From contig JAQVMT010000004.1 in NCBI GenBank assembly GCA_028703495.1, positions 42,479-106,478 on the forward strand: 64,000 nucleotides of DNA, read 5' to 3'. A model generated the notes under the pieces. That model did no database searches, was not told the DNA's origin, and saw nothing but the letters and a program-made list of their open reading frames with translations. This DNA comes from Clostridia bacterium. Lineage in GTDB: Bacteria; Bacillota; Clostridia; Christensenellales; CAG-314. Position numbers and translations under genes: made by a program. This document shows, in pieces, positions 63,070 through 64,000 of the stretch (its first letter is position 1; every line of letters starts with the position of its first letter).

Positions 63070-63327
63070 ATGATCACGGAAGTTAAGGTAAAAATTGTAC
63101 ACGACCCGACAGGAAAGCTCAAGGCGGTGGCTTCGGCTGTGTTTTGCGGCTGTTTGGTTGTGCACGACATCAAAATCATCTAAGGGAAGCGGGGATTGTT
63201 CGTTTCGATGCCGTCGAGGACAAACAAGGACGGCGAGCATATGGATATCGTTCACCCGATAGATGCGGCGTTCCGAGCCAAACTCCAAAGCGTTATTATC
63301 AGCGAGTACAAAAAACTGTCGGAGTGA
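63070..63327 (+). pseudogene. spoVG: spoVG interrupted by a single in-frame TAA (63181-63183)
   Basis: MITEVKVKIVHDPTGKLKAVASAVF..LVVHDIKII-stop-GKRGLFVSMPSRTNKDGEHMDIVHPID...ISEYKKLSE matches the SpoVG pattern (...[22 protein letters not shown]...DIAHPIN) across the stop, in one frame. Confidence 0.75.
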
Positions 63328-64000
63328 AGCGGAGTTTGTTTTTCCCCTTGACCTTAGATTAATGCTAATTTGCCTCTTAGAATGTATATTTCATTGAGGT
63401 CTTTTTGTTGTAGGGTTTCAAAAATGCTTGCACATATCGCTACAATAAAGCTACGCTCGTTTGTTTCGATACATAAAAATACATGCAAATTACGTTGCTT
63501 GAGACTGTGCTTTTTGGTCTGTTTTTCCCCAAAATGCTTTGATCGTTGCTTGAGTCAGTCCGTTAAAGACAACTTTTTCATTGCGTGGCATGAATACGGG
63601 TTGCAGGAAAATATGTTATAAGCTCGTTTTGATGTGTTTTTTTGTGCGATTCTGTTTGATCGAATAATTATTACTCTTTAAAAATTAAGCTTTGCGAATT
63701 AAGCTTCGTGAGCGGTTTTTTAATTTTGTCTTTGCCGATTGAGCGGCTTTCCGTTAGATAAAGGCGAACTAAAACATAATAGATAATGAGCGAAACAAAA
63801 CCGAAGAAGCCGTTAATTGACAAAGTAAGTTTCACCGATTTGCCACAATATCTTCTACCACGCTCCATACTGTGGAGCTTCCTTTTGCAAATAACAGATC
63901 GAAAAAAACTTCTCTTTGTTATAGGGAAGTTTTTTAAGTGCTTGACTTAGGGATATTAATGTGGTATTATGGTTACGCGTGTGGAGCAGACGGATATAAG

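Noticed and set aside
1-64000. Mobile element or prophage boundaries
   Set aside because: No integrase, transposase, recombinase, phage structural genes or flanking tRNA genes were found. The accessory genes appear as isolated insertions between conserved blocks.

Overview
This 64-kb window is a chromosomal segment from a sporulating Firmicute (Clostridia-like, about 50% GC). Most of it is conserved housekeeping synteny. The order is hslV-hslU, uppS-cdsA-dxr-rseP-ispG, then the rimP-nusA-ylxR-ylxQ(L7Ae)-infB-rbfA-nrnA-truB-ribF translation cluster. These are followed by an Nfo-like TIM-barrel gene, an M24 aminopeptidase and efp. trpS, an RluA-family synthase and an RlmI-like methyltransferase lie on the minus strand. 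Further along are a complete spoIIIAA-AH operon, a CN-hydrolase, an nfeD-floT (flotillin) pair, murC and spoVG. Accessory content includes a 1993-aa lipoprotein that fuses an S8 subtilase with a PA insert to BspA-type LRRs, with a divergent AraC regulator. There is also a 1055-aa coiled-coil protein whose terminal domains look like SMC/Rad50/SbcC heads that have lost the P-loop. Other accessory genes are a signal-less BspA-LRR protein with a Cys-rich acidic linker, a J-domain protein with a poly-Cys tail next to a DUF5685-like gene, a type-I surface protein, a pair of PrsW-like membrane proteins, a PflX-like radical-SAM gene and a small XRE pair. I found no rRNA, tRNA, CRISPR array, transposase or integrase. 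The most unusual signals are non-coding and architectural. First, almost every intergenic region carries degenerate tandem direct repeats, and at least eight genes are followed by an echo copy of their own last 30-70 nt. Second, a palindromic element GGGCGAAC-CCATGTG-GTTCGCCC recurs in at least six intergenic sites. Third, a 516-aa PolC-N-terminal-like protein (OB fold plus DEDDh exonuclease, no polymerase core) sits at the ancestral polC position. Fourth, spoVG carries a single in-frame TAA.
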